Positions 19,340 through 28,677 of a stretch of DNA of 64,000 nucleotides are shown here, piece after piece. Positions within the stretch are counted from its first letter, which is position 1, and every line of letters begins with the position of its first letter. The stretch is taken from IMG/VR virus record IMGVR_UViG_3300031746_000009. One strand, 5' to 3'. The stretch is from an uncultured virus (IMG/VR IMGVR_UViG_3300031746_000009). Its lineage: Duplodnaviria > Heunggongvirae > Uroviricota > Caudoviricetes. The notes under the pieces were generated by a model that did not search any database, was not told where the DNA came from, and worked only from the letters and a program-made list of their open reading frames with translations. Both the position numbers and the translations under genes were made by a program.

Positions 19340-20238
19340 GGTTGCTTAAGCTTTCCATGTTGCTTCTTCTGTTCTTGTTCCTTGTTCCCAGAGCGCACGG
19401 TTCCGTATCTGAGGTTGACTGGTATCTTCAAAGCAATGTTTCAACCGTGAACGGTGTTACTGGATATGCTTTGAACACGACGCAGACGGCGAGCGCGGTT
19501 CTTTTGAATGCAAGTTTCACTGATACCGAAGGGTACACGACAAGCTATTGGAGTTGGCGCGTCTACAAAGTGGACAGCGCAAACGAATCCACAGAGTTGA
19601 CATCAGATTATTCGGCTGTGGTTTCACGATCCGCAAACGGTTTAGGCTATCAGTCTGCAACTTGGACTTGTCCAGAAACCAGTTTGATTTGTGGTTTGGA
19701 TAGTTTGAAGCTTGAAGTCTATATGAAGCTTAACGATGCGGACTGGCTTTTGAAAGCAACATTCACAAGCGGCAAGCTTTGGTATGCGGGTTTAGAGGAG
19801 GCAGAATGGACTTTTAATGTTTGGACAAATCACACTCGTACAGCTTTAGGCTATTTTTACAGAACCAATACTACGTTAGGTTTCGGAATTAGCACATATG
19901 GATCAAGCGTAACAGACATTCTGTTTCAAGATCCTGACACGTTTGAGAATCAGGGCGCATACTTCTACAATTTGGACTTTATAGGTTTCATTATGGCTCC
20001 GTGGACTTTCTTGATGGGTGCTGACTTGTTTACTGGCGCGTTGACGGGTACGGTTCTGATAGCGATTGCGTTGAGGACAAGAAGCCTTCTGATTCTGGTT
20101 GTGTTCTCCATAATTTTGGGTGGTTCGGGTGGGTTTTTGACGATGATGCTTCCTGCGGCTGGATATGCGATGTTGACGGTTTGCGTGTTGTTTGCTGTTG
20201 CTGGAATAATTTATATGGCCGCGAAAAGGATAGTCTAA
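19336..20238 (+). CDS. secreted protein with C-terminal TM helices
   Basis: Signal peptide, sequons, about 3 TM at C-terminus. Confidence 0.8.
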   Translation: MRLLKLSMLLLLFLFLVPRAHGSVSEVDWYLQSNVSTVNGVTGYALNTTQTASAVLLNASFTDTEGYTTSYWSWRVYKVDSANESTELTSDYSAVVSRSANGLGYQSATWTCPETSLICGLDSLKLEVYMKLNDADWLLKATFTSGKLWYAGLEEAEWTFNVWTNHTRTALGYFYRTNTTLGFGISTYGSSVTDILFQDPDTFENQGAYFYNLDFIGFIMAPWTFLMGADLFTGALTGTVLIAIALRTRSLLILVVFSIILGGSGGFLTMMLPAAGYAMLTVCVLFAVAGIIYMAAKRIV

Positions 20239-20582
20239 AAGTAGATGCTTTGTCTTTCTCGGCTTCTTCTATGCCCCTTCTTTTTTCTGCGTGTTCTATC
20301 ATGCCGTTTAGGTGGAGGTATTCCAGAAACCAATGCTTGCCCGAGTGATCCTAAAAGGCTAGGTCGGTTTGCTTTCGCGTAACCTTCACGTTTAGCGCGT
20401 TCTATGCGTCCTTTCTCGTAGCCTTCTTTTCTGGCGTTTGCTTCTTTCTGCATTAAATCTCGTTTCTCAAAGGTTCTAACTGACTGTTCATAGTGCTGTT
20501 GGTTTCGACGCGCCTGACTTTTCTGTTTGTCTTCCTCATGTATTTCATGCATACGTTTTTTGAGGGCTTCGAAGAGTGGCAT
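20235..20582 (-). CDS. basic coiled-coil hypothetical protein
   Basis: K/R/E-rich 115 aa. Confidence 0.65.
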   Translation of the reverse strand: MPLFEALKKRMHEIHEEDKQKSQARRNQQHYEQSVRTFEKRDLMQKEANARKEGYEKGRIERAKREGYAKANRPSLLGSLGQALVSGIPPPKRHDRTRRKKKGHRRSRERQSIYF

Positions 20583-20594
20583 AGCTTTTAATAT

Positions 20595-21428
20595 CTAGTG
20601 CATTGAATATAAAACTTTAGGAGTTTCAGGTTTGGATAAGACTTTACCGTTTTTTATTCCTGAGAAGAAACCGTAAACAAGTAGTATGCCGAAGACTCTT
20701 GGAATCCATTGCGCGTAATAAGGGTTTAACGGTTCCAGATGCATGTTGTTGTAATAGAGTGCGAAGAATAAAGCGTAAACTAACACGCTTATGCTCATTG
20801 TTTTTGTCCATGTCCACTTGTATCTGAAGAGCATTGCAACCATAAAATAGTATGATAGTATGTCGGTTGATATTAGGAGTGGCTGCGTCAAATGAGTGTA
20901 TCCTCCTACCATGTGTGCGGAATAATGGTATATTGGAGCTTCATATATGAAACCGATGGCGGTTACAGCAAGAACAAGTAGTGTGGTTTTGTAATCTGCC
21001 TCGCCTATTTTCTTGTCTAAGACATGTTTTAACAGTAGGTAAGTGATTGGATAGGTTAGCATTGCCTCGTAGCTCCAGTCAAAGTCTTGGCTGAACCAGA
21101 ATGTTGTAGAAAGCTTCAGCAATATTCCAGTGACCAATATTAGGATTGAAGCAACAGTGAGTAGGGTTAAGCATTTTGAAAGTAGTTTAAAAGGTCTTGT
21201 GAAAGGCTTTGTTTTGAATCCTTCATTCAGAAGGTATATGCCGAAAATGATTATGGGAAACAGTTTGGGAAAGTGGAAGCGGAAATAATATCGGGGGTCA
21301 TAGAAAAATCCTTGGGTGAGGAAGTTGCTTGTTAAAGACACGATTTGCGCGGTGCATGACATAAGGAAAAGTAAACCGAAAGTTATGATTATGCCTTGTT
21401 TGGTTTCAGTGTCGAAATAATCATGCAA
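20595..21428 (-). CDS. polytopic membrane protein
   Basis: About 8 hydrophobic segments. Confidence 0.75.
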   Translation of the reverse strand: MHDYFDTETKQGIIITFGLLFLMSCTAQIVSLTSNFLTQGFFYDPRYYFRFHFPKLFPIIIFGIYLLNEGFKTKPFTRPFKLLSKCLTLLTVASILILVTGILLKLSTTFWFSQDFDWSYEAMLTYPITYLLLKHVLDKKIGEADYKTTLLVLAVTAIGFIYEAPIYHYSAHMVGGYTHLTQPLLISTDILSYYFMVAMLFRYKWTWTKTMSISVLVYALFFALYYNNMHLEPLNPYYAQWIPRVFGILLVYGFFSGIKNGKVLSKPETPKVLYSMH

Positions 21429-21551
21429 TTCATAATGTAAATCTTTTAGATTCTTCGTTTGTATTCTCGTCCTTGCCTTGCGGGTTTATGTCTTACTGGT
21501 TAGCTAGCATAGATTTTAATAGCTAATACATTAAATATAAAACTTAATGGC

Positions 21552-21568
21552 TGGTCGAGTGTCGAACA
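21552..21568 (-). repeat. 17-bp quasi-palindrome, copy 2 (inverted)
   Basis: TGGTCGAGTGTCGAACA between divergent TATA-like boxes. Confidence 0.9.
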
Positions 21569-21625
21569 GAAACAAAACCATTTTAAATAGAACAAACACA
21601 AATAGCATTATTAGAGGTTTCAAGT

Positions 21626-22396
21626 TTGAATAACAAGTTTGTCGTGTCTGTTTTAGCTTTGCTTCTTCTAGTTTCCGTCAGCGTCCAAATTGGGAACACG
21701 AGTTTTCAGGGCAGTTTTGAGGCGTTGCCGATTTATGTGGATGCGCCGCTTCCATACAGCTACCTGATTGATTCGAATTCGACGCATTACTTCCTGTTTA
21801 ATGGGACAACGAAGAAGCTGGACAATAATCCGAGCACGAACAGAACCTATTTGGAAACTTTGGCGGTTGGTAATCTTACGGCGAATGGTGGCACAGTTTT
21901 TCTTAGGGATGTTCAATGGAACACAAGCATAACTTTGCCGAGTAACGTTCAAATTTACAGCACCTATCAGGGCAACTATTATGTTTGGGGTGACAACGGT
22001 TTCTGGGTTAACGGCGTCAACAAGACCGAAACTTTGGACAATCTTGATTGTCCAGTGGCAACGTCAGACACGTTCACCTTAGCCGATTCCGTAGCTGAAC
22101 AGACTCTGCTAGAGTTTAACGTGGCAACCACGAACATCACAGAAGTCAACCAGCTCTATCTTGACTTGGATGCGCTCACAAAAAACTGCACAATCAAAGT
22201 GTACTTCAAAATTGACGGAACCAATTACCGTGAATCTATGGCTATGCGGTTGACGAATCTTGGTTCAGCCGATCAGCTTGCGCTTGTGCTTTCCGAATTG
22301 AAGTTGGCGTGTGACATGAAGGTCACGATAACAAGCATAGAGTTGGAAGGTGCAACACGCGCAATTCCGTACTTGTATATCTTGACGGTTTGGTGA
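21626..22396 (+). CDS. secreted adhesin-partner protein, paralog of 53730..54527
   Basis: Signal peptide; long identical stretches, e.g. WNTSITLPSNVQI and VNKTETLDNLDCPVATS. Confidence 0.85.
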   Translation: MNNKFVVSVLALLLLVSVSVQIGNTSFQGSFEALPIYVDAPLPYSYLIDSNSTHYFLFNGTTKKLDNNPSTNRTYLETLAVGNLTANGGTVFLRDVQWNTSITLPSNVQIYSTYQGNYYVWGDNGFWVNGVNKTETLDNLDCPVATSDTFTLADSVAEQTLLEFNVATTNITEVNQLYLDLDALTKNCTIKVYFKIDGTNYRESMAMRLTNLGSADQLALVLSELKLACDMKVTITSIELEGATRAIPYLYILTVW

Positions 22397-22402
22397 CAAG
22401 AC

Positions 22403-24694
22403 ATGAAACTTGAAAACTTTGTTTCAACAACGTTCCTAATCGCCCTGTTGACGGTGGTTCTGTTTGTGGGCGTGTGGCAAATCAAACCTGTCTACGCTGA
22501 AGACACATTCGGTAATACGTCAGCTTACTCCCTCACAGACGATTTCTACGCAAATACTATGATGGCTTACAATTTCACGGCCAGCACATCGGGGACAATA
22601 GTGAAAATTGCTGTTTACTGCAATGCTTCCTCTGGAACGATTAATCTGAAGTCGGCAATCTTCTCGGTCAATGCTTCAGGCTACTATCCTGACGTAGCTT
22701 TAAGCAATTCTTCTGATACTGTGAGCGTTTCAACAACGGTGGGATGGTATAATACGACCCATAGTTTAGCGGTCACGGCTGGCACAAACTATTGTTTGGT
22801 TTTTCTGGCTAATGGAAACGGCAAGTATTATTATGCTTATCCCAGTGGTTATCCAGCGGAATATCAAAAGGCTGCTACCTACCCAAACTTTGCATCTCCT
22901 TTCGGTAATCCCTCTGTTAGTGGACGATCAGCGTCCATCTACGCCGTTTACGGAACTGGCGGAGGACCATCAAGCGGCGGTGGCACAGTTTCAACAAACG
23001 AATACATCACGGTGAATACAACAGGCACATACGAATGGAACAGTTCAGGACATTGCGTGTCAAGCGGAACCAACGCGGTTGCAATAATCAATAATGCCAC
23101 GACTCATGTTTCTCCTCTTCATGGTTCAGTCTATGTCTATAACGAGACCTATCAACTCTCAGGAACGTTGACCATGCCGAGCAACGTAAACATGACATTA
23201 AACGATGGCGTATATTTCAATCATACGAGCAACAACCACATTTTCGATTGGGTTGGAACGCAAAACAGTACTCTATGGGCATATACTAATGCGACAATTC
23301 ATGGAGTTGGAACAAACGGGTATGATTTTGAAAAAGGTTTTTGGCTTGATAACGTTGTCAACATCACTATTGGAGCACAAAGCGAAAATGGTCTAACAAT
23401 CTTCAACACCGCGGCCCAATGTATAGAAAGCGATGACGGTCCTAATAATTGGGTTAACAATTCGCTTTTTCAAAACTTCAACGCTTCATTCTGGTGTCTC
23501 TCAACAAGTTACCAAATACATGGCATCGTCTTGGACGGAGTACAAAACTGCCAATTCATCAACCTTACAGTAGATGGTAGACAAGGAGTAAATACGCGAA
23601 GTTGCCTTGTCATAGGCGGAGATAGTGAACCAAGCAACAACATCAACATTACAGGCGGCATCTATGAAAGAAGTTATCGCGACAATGGCATCTATCTTGG
23701 CGGATGGTATTATAATGTCACAAATTGCAGAATAACCAATGTCACGACCTACGCTAACAATGGAGCGCATTCAGGACATGCAGGATTGAAGATTCGACCT
23801 GCAAGTAACATAACTATTACTGGATGGAACAGTACGGATGATTATTACGGTATGGAAATGGGAACAAACTATGATACCGTGACAAACGGGGAAAGCGGTT
23901 CAAGATTCAATTATGTTCAAGGCACAATCACAACCCCATACATGAACGGTCTGATTCTAGCGACTGACGGTTCAGATCAAGCCCAATCAGTCATCTATAA
24001 CACATTCAACCTCACCATAAACAACGCAACAATCCATAGTGCCGTTTGGATCAACAATTATTATCCTAGCACTTTAGACGAAATAAGCTACAACACATTC
24101 TACATCAATGCAACAGGAAATAACAGGCAAATCATAGATTTCGGCTCCACAGGAGGATCAGCAGACCACAACACATTCTTTGTAGAAGGCTATGATAACG
24201 GAAAAGCAGGGTACCCAGACTTAAGCGTTGAAAACACGACAGGTTGCACTTACAATACCTTCAATTACTATGGCACGACTGACAATCCAAATGGTCTGAT
24301 GGACTTCGTAAATGGGACAGGAAACAATTGGGTCTATGATGGGTATCTTGGAACAAACACCACTGTCATCCTCACAGTCACAGTGAATCTTCCGTCAAAC
24401 ACAACTTACACATATAGTTCTGTCCCCGTGAAATTGTCGGTTATAGTTAATGGAGGCAGTCTTGACAAAATCTGGTGGAACTGCACCCTTATAGACGGCA
24501 CTGTGGTTTATGCGAACACAACATATACCGTACCAACAACAATGGTTCTGGGAATCGGAACCTATATCTTCCACGCTATGGCAAACAACACAGACGGAAT
24601 CAGTGACGAAGCAATAGTGATGTTCACCGTCGTAACTTTATCTTTCACTTCGGAGTGGGGTGGGTATTGGGGCAGATGGTGGGGCTACCCATAG
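22403..24694 (+). CDS. secreted beta-helix adhesin / receptor-binding glycoprotein
   Basis: Signal peptide, Asn/Thr-rich beta-helix-like repeats, Ig-like C-domain, ends WGGYWGRWWGYP. Confidence 0.8.
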   Translation: MKLENFVSTTFLIALLTVVLFVGVWQIKPVYAEDTFGNTSAYSLTDDFYANTMMAYNFTASTSGTIVKIAVYCNASSGTINLKSAIFSVNASGYYPDVALSNSSDTVSVSTTVGWYNTTHSLAVTAGTNYCLVFLANGNGKYYYAYPSGYPAEYQKAATYPNFASPFGNPSVSGRSASIYAVYGTGGGPSSGGGTVSTNEYITVNTTGTYEWNSSGHCVSSGTNAVAIINNATTHVSPLHGSVYVYNETYQLSGTLTMPSNVNMTLNDGVYFNHTSNNHIFDWVGTQNSTLWAYTNATIHGVGTNGYDFEKGFWLDNVVNITIGAQSENGLTIFNTAAQCIESDDGPNNWVNNSLFQNFNASFWCLSTSYQIHGIVLDGVQNCQFINLTVDGRQGVNTRSCLVIGGDSEPSNNINITGGIYERSYRDNGIYLGGWYYNVTNCRITNVTTYANNGAHSGHAGLKIRPASNITITGWNSTDDYYGMEMGTNYDTVTNGESGSRFNYVQGTITTPYMNGLILATDGSDQAQSVIYNTFNLTINNATIHSAVWINNYYPSTLDEISYNTFYINATGNNRQIIDFGSTGGSADHNTFFVEGYDNGKAGYPDLSVENTTGCTYNTFNYYGTTDNPNGLMDFVNGTGNNWVYDGYLGTNTTVILTVTVNLPSNTTYTYSSVPVKLSVIVNGGSLDKIWWNCTLIDGTVVYANTTYTVPTTMVLGIGTYIFHAMANNTDGISDEAIVMFTVVTLSFTSEWGGYWGRWWGYP

Positions 24695-24704
24695 GACGGT
24701 TGCC

Positions 24705-25421
24705 ATGCGCAAAACCCTGCCTCTCCTAACCGTCTCGTTATTGCTGTTTGGACTGGTAGGTTCAGCCTTCGCCACAACCATCATAGACAAGCCCACCTTT
24801 TTCGGGAGCAGCAACGGAAGCTACATAACATTTAGCCCAAGCCTTTTGCCTTTGACGTTTTCTACGCTGTATCGTGGGTCGGATGGTTACTGGAATTTTA
24901 ATTCAACCAAAATCAGAACCACTGTTTCGATGACGATAACGGTTTTCTGTGGTGGCAACTGGACAAACTATACTATCTCAGGCGCGGGAACACAGAACAT
25001 CTACAACGGAAGCAAACCCGACACGGTTTACATTGATGGTCTTTCGAGGAACGAAAATAACGGTTGGACATATTCTGGAGGAACAACCACCGTCACAACG
25101 GCGACGGCGAGCGTTAACATAAATTTTGGGTCAGCAAGCATTTCAACTCCTACAGACGAAGATGACGATGGTTTTGCGTGGCCTGACTGGACCGTGTATC
25201 TTCCAAACTTCAGCCTCAACATTTACACGACATTGATGCTTCTTGGCGCGTTGCCCTTGATTGTTGCCATGATGTACGTGGTAGCATTGTTCCTTCGCGG
25301 CACGTTTCCACCAGTCTTTCAGCTTGTTGAAGTTGTGGGCGTTTTGGCGATGGTAAGCTTTTTGACGCTCGCGTTGGTTCCTGTTATCACAGCGATTCTT
25401 GAAGGGTACGGGTTTGGTTAA
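24705..25421 (+). CDS. secreted protein with two C-terminal TM helices
   Basis: MRKTLPLL signal peptide; hydrophobic C-terminus. Confidence 0.75.
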   Translation: MRKTLPLLTVSLLLFGLVGSAFATTIIDKPTFFGSSNGSYITFSPSLLPLTFSTLYRGSDGYWNFNSTKIRTTVSMTITVFCGGNWTNYTISGAGTQNIYNGSKPDTVYIDGLSRNENNGWTYSGGTTTVTTATASVNINFGSASISTPTDEDDDGFAWPDWTVYLPNFSLNIYTTLMLLGALPLIVAMMYVVALFLRGTFPPVFQLVEVVGVLAMVSFLTLALVPVITAILEGYGFG

Positions 25422-25629
25422 TCGGAAGCGTGTTCAAAAGAAAGTGCCTAGCTTGCTAGTTGATGACATCGTTTCTGAAACCAAAAACGAATATGAAAAC
25501 AAACGGTACTGGTGGGAGCAACTCAGGCGTAAGCAGCCGAGTAAGTATTCAGGGTTTGAAAATAATCTTGTGGACTTGCTTGAAGAGATAGATAAATCGT
25601 TTGAAGCTATGAAAAAGCGTCTTTTGTAG
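25399..25629 (+). CDS. hypothetical protein
   Basis: Fills operon gap. Confidence 0.5.
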   Translation: MKGTGLVNRKRVQKKVPSLLVDDIVSETKNEYENKRYWWEQLRRKQPSKYSGFENNLVDLLEEIDKSFEAMKKRLL

Positions 25630-25667
25630 TGATTTTCTGTACTTGTACATACGGATTTTAAATAATA

Positions 25668-26000
25668 ATGACAAATTCATTCTTATTAAAGGCTAAAACC
25701 TTGTTCGAAAAACTGTTGAAAAACAAGAGAGCTAACGCAGGCGTAGTCATCGGCGTCGTCTCAGTGCTTCTACTGATAACCGTCATGGTTCCCATCGGCG
25801 TCTACATCACCTACACAATGCAGGACACCATCCTAGACTTGGGCATGACACCATATTCTGCTGCTGACAATGCTTCGGACGCTGTGTTTGACCGTGCTTG
25901 GGTTGGCTATAACCTTGTAAGCATCTTGTCCATAGTGATTGCGGCTGTGGCTATTATCACGGCTGTTATTGGCGCTTTCGTCACTCGACGTGTAGACTGA
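25668..26000 (+). CDS. putative major capsid protein of spindle-shaped-virus type (likely start TTG 25701)
   Basis: Basic leader KNKRA, two hydrophobic helices joined by a short linker with NAS sequon, own TATA (TTTAAATA 25657) and T-rich terminator; architecture like SSV1 VP1 / His1 MCP. Confidence 0.7.
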   Translation: MTNSFLLKAKTLFEKLLKNKRANAGVVIGVVSVLLLITVMVPIGVYITYTMQDTILDLGMTPYSAADNASDAVFDRAWVGYNLVSILSIVIAAVAIITAVIGAFVTRRVD

Positions 26001-26064
26001 TCTGAAACCTAGAAACTTGGACAAACGTTTACGGGTTCAACAACCCTCTCCTTTTTCTGAACAC

Positions 26065-26081
26065 TGTTCGACACTCGACCA
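26065..26081 (+). repeat. 17-bp quasi-palindrome, copy 3
   Basis: Directly upstream of AAAGCTTATAAA BRE/TATA. Confidence 0.9.
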
Positions 26082-26141
26082 CTATAAAGCTTATAAACCT
26101 AAACCCTCTCTAATTTCTTTATCATAAAGAAGGTTACGCAC

Positions 26142-26282
26142 ACGAGTTTAGAAAAATGCAAATGCCTTAAATGTGGACACTCATGGACCAAACGTGTACT
26201 TACGCCTCTCAAATGCCCGAAATGTCGCAATGTTCTTGAAACCAAACTTTATAAGAAAAAACGAGGTAACATTAAACCATGA
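26142..26282 (+). CDS. zinc-finger protein (no canonical start; ACG candidate)
   Basis: CKCLKCGHSWTKRVLTPLKCPKC; stop overlaps next ATG. Confidence 0.55.
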   Translation, partial: TSLEKCKCLKCGHSWTKRVLTPLKCPKCRNVLETKLYKKKRGNIKP

Positions 26283-26572
26283 CAACCGTAGAACTTGTCG
26301 TGTACTTGCTCATGTTCGCCCTCTCTGTAATATGGAGCATTATGGCAGCCGAAAACAACAAGGAACTCATGGGAATAGTTTACGCGCTCTTAAGCTTCGT
26401 CTCCTGGCTAGTGCTTGCAACCATCCACATCATCATCGCATGGGACACCAGCGTGATGGTGGTTTGCGTCATGTACTCGGGAATGTCGCTGATGTTCTTC
26501 ATATTGACTATCACATGGGGCATAAGGAACACTTTGAACGTGAACCAGAGCAAGGAGTGGACTGTTGACTGA
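26279..26572 (+). CDS. three-TM membrane protein
   Basis: Hydrophobic; GAGGT SD. Confidence 0.8.
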   Translation: MTTVELVVYLLMFALSVIWSIMAAENNKELMGIVYALLSFVSWLVLATIHIIIAWDTSVMVVCVMYSGMSLMFFILTITWGIRNTLNVNQSKEWTVD

Positions 26573-27099
26573 GTTTCTTCAAAAAACTTGTCTATAAACT
26601 TCAACGCAAAACCCCAGAGCTAAATGAGCAAGAAAAGAATTTTGTTCAAGGCATAGCTTTCGGTGAAGCTCAGAAATCAAGCGACGAAATCGCAAACATG
26701 CGTGATCTGAACATAAACTATCATATGCTTCACGATGATAAATTGGAATCTCTGTTAGACACTATGATTGCTTCGATGCTTCAACAAGGTGTGTTGGACT
26801 ATAACTTGGTGGCTTTACGAACAACATTGAGTCCATTAATGCGTATAACTTTCATAGATGATTTAGAAGCGGAAATCTTGAAAATCCGTGTCTCAAGAGA
26901 ATTGGGAAGAATTGAGATGAGCATGTCGGAAGAAGATTATGAGGAAGGCGGAGTAAACTTTCTGGAGAGTATGCAAACTCTAGCTGAAGGAAACATTAAC
27001 TGTGCGCGGGATGGTCGCTTGACGAAATGGTTGAAGGTTACTCCGAAACAGTTTGAAATCACAATGGGCCCAATAGAGAAACGTAAGGGAGGCAACTAG
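26569..27099 (+). CDS. hypothetical protein (probable CTG start in CTGA overlap)
   Basis: 43 open codons upstream of ATG 26698; GGAG SD. Confidence 0.7.
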   Translation: MSFFKKLVYKLQRKTPELNEQEKNFVQGIAFGEAQKSSDEIANMRDLNINYHMLHDDKLESLLDTMIASMLQQGVLDYNLVALRTTLSPLMRITFIDDLEAEILKIRVSRELGRIEMSMSEEDYEEGGVNFLESMQTLAEGNINCARDGRLTKWLKVTPKQFEITMGPIEKRKGGN

Positions 27100-27100
27100 A

Positions 27101-27823
27101 ATGGCGGCGGAGATTCCGTTTCTATTCATGTTTGCATCCTATGCCTTCTGGGTGTTGATGCCTATTTTCTTGGCCACAGTGATCTACAATTTCATTTACG
27201 GTTATAGAACGCCACGTGAAGCTAAGAAACTTCGCAAAGCGGCTTTATCTCATAAACCTATCAACTTGACCGTGGGCGATGACGGTTACATGGACATTGA
27301 AATTCTCGAAGTTGGCAACCCTGAAGGCGCTGCATCAACCAATAAGGATATGGATAGTCCGAAGCGTTGGACAGGGTACTTTACTCGGAAGCAAGCCATA
27401 TCTAGCAAATTAGATGTTGCTGCGAACCCTGAGATAGCTAAAGCCTTCAACGTATTAAACGAGATTGCCACAGCAAAAACTTTTCTAAGGGGTTCCAAGA
27501 TTCCAGTGTGGGTTAGCTATCGTGGTAAAGGTCTTCTTGCAAGCATACAATCTTTGGCAACCATGACTTTGGCTGACGAACTGAAAGAGAAACTTCAAGA
27601 TACGAAAGTAGATATTCAAATGTTAAAGAGTCTTTTTCTAGCAAGTTGGAACGAGAGTCAAATTCGTAACAATGAGATTAAAGCTTTCCAAGAGGGACGC
27701 ATGGAAGAGAAGCGGCGTAACAAGAAGGGTTCAGAGAAAATGTTTATGTATCTTGTGTTGGGCGTTGGGTTCGCGTTTGGCATGGCCGCAATCATGGTGG
27801 TTGTTCTTTACCTGACAAAATAG
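27101..27823 (+). CDS. membrane protein with N- and C-terminal TM helices
   Basis: Hydrophobic termini; GGAGG SD. Confidence 0.8.
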   Translation: MAAEIPFLFMFASYAFWVLMPIFLATVIYNFIYGYRTPREAKKLRKAALSHKPINLTVGDDGYMDIEILEVGNPEGAASTNKDMDSPKRWTGYFTRKQAISSKLDVAANPEIAKAFNVLNEIATAKTFLRGSKIPVWVSYRGKGLLASIQSLATMTLADELKEKLQDTKVDIQMLKSLFLASWNESQIRNNEIKAFQEGRMEEKRRNKKGSEKMFMYLVLGVGFAFGMAAIMVVVLYLTK

Positions 27824-28027
27824 GTGAAAGACATGGATAAGACAGTTAAAACTTTGATAGTTTTCTTGGTTGGAATTGCTCCTTTTGCTTGGGGCTGCAC
27901 TCTCCTACTTTTGGGTAGAACGGAGACGGTGCTTTTTCTTGGCGCTTTGCTGTTCACTGTAGGCATCAGCATTCTGATTGTTTCTGGATTGCAGATGTTG
28001 AAGCTTGCTGGTAAGCCTAAACCGTGA
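27824..28027 (+). CDS. small two-TM protein
   Basis: Hydrophobic 67 aa. Confidence 0.7.
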   Translation: MKDMDKTVKTLIVFLVGIAPFAWGCTLLLLGRTETVLFLGALLFTVGISILIVSGLQMLKLAGKPKP

Positions 28028-28063
28028 AAGCTTTTAAATAAGAAAAGGAGAATATGATAGAAT

Positions 28064-28663
28064 ATGCAAAATCAAAGTAAGAATCAACCCAAACATTTTG
28101 TAGCCATCCTAATTGCAACCATCTGTATTTCAATGCTGTGCGGAGCCTTCATAACTTACACGTTGTTGCCTAAGCTAATTCAAATCGGCTCAAACAATGA
28201 GATTGCGTTTAGCTTTAGCAAGCACAGCGTTCACACGGTCATCACGATCTACAAGGGCGACCAAGTGATTCTGCATGAGTATCATGCTGGTGCAGTAACG
28301 AAATGGGGTTTGAACAGCACGTTTGCGAAGCTTCTGGGAAACACCACGGTCTACAACATGACCACATACAATTTGAACTTAACCTACGTGGGCATCGGAA
28401 ACAAGGGAACACTTGACGCTGACAGCCAAATTCTTCCAGGTGAATGGAACCGGACTGCTGGAGCTCAACATGCGAGTCTTTATAATGGTTTCAATTTGAC
28501 AGCAACTTTTCATCCTGACGCGGGGCCGTACACGGCTGACTGTCTTGGAGTATATTTTGATGCTGCTGGTGCTTCACTGTTTGCGTATGACACGTTTGCT
28601 GAAGTCACAGGCATTGACGCAAGCTTTACGATTGTTCTTGAGATTCAAGTGTCAGCAAGCTAG
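28064..28663 (+). CDS. membrane-anchored beta-rich structural protein
   Basis: N-terminal TM, sequons, own TATA (TTTTAAATA). Confidence 0.75.
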   Translation: MQNQSKNQPKHFVAILIATICISMLCGAFITYTLLPKLIQIGSNNEIAFSFSKHSVHTVITIYKGDQVILHEYHAGAVTKWGLNSTFAKLLGNTTVYNMTTYNLNLTYVGIGNKGTLDADSQILPGEWNRTAGAQHASLYNGFNLTATFHPDAGPYTADCLGVYFDAAGASLFAYDTFAEVTGIDASFTIVLEIQVSAS

Positions 28664-28677
28664 GGAGAGAGCTCGAT

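Noticed and set aside
24656..24684. G-quadruplex recombination trigger at the adhesin 3' end
   Set aside because: Four G-tracts are present but largely forced by Trp/Gly codons, and one loop is 8 nt; no independent support.
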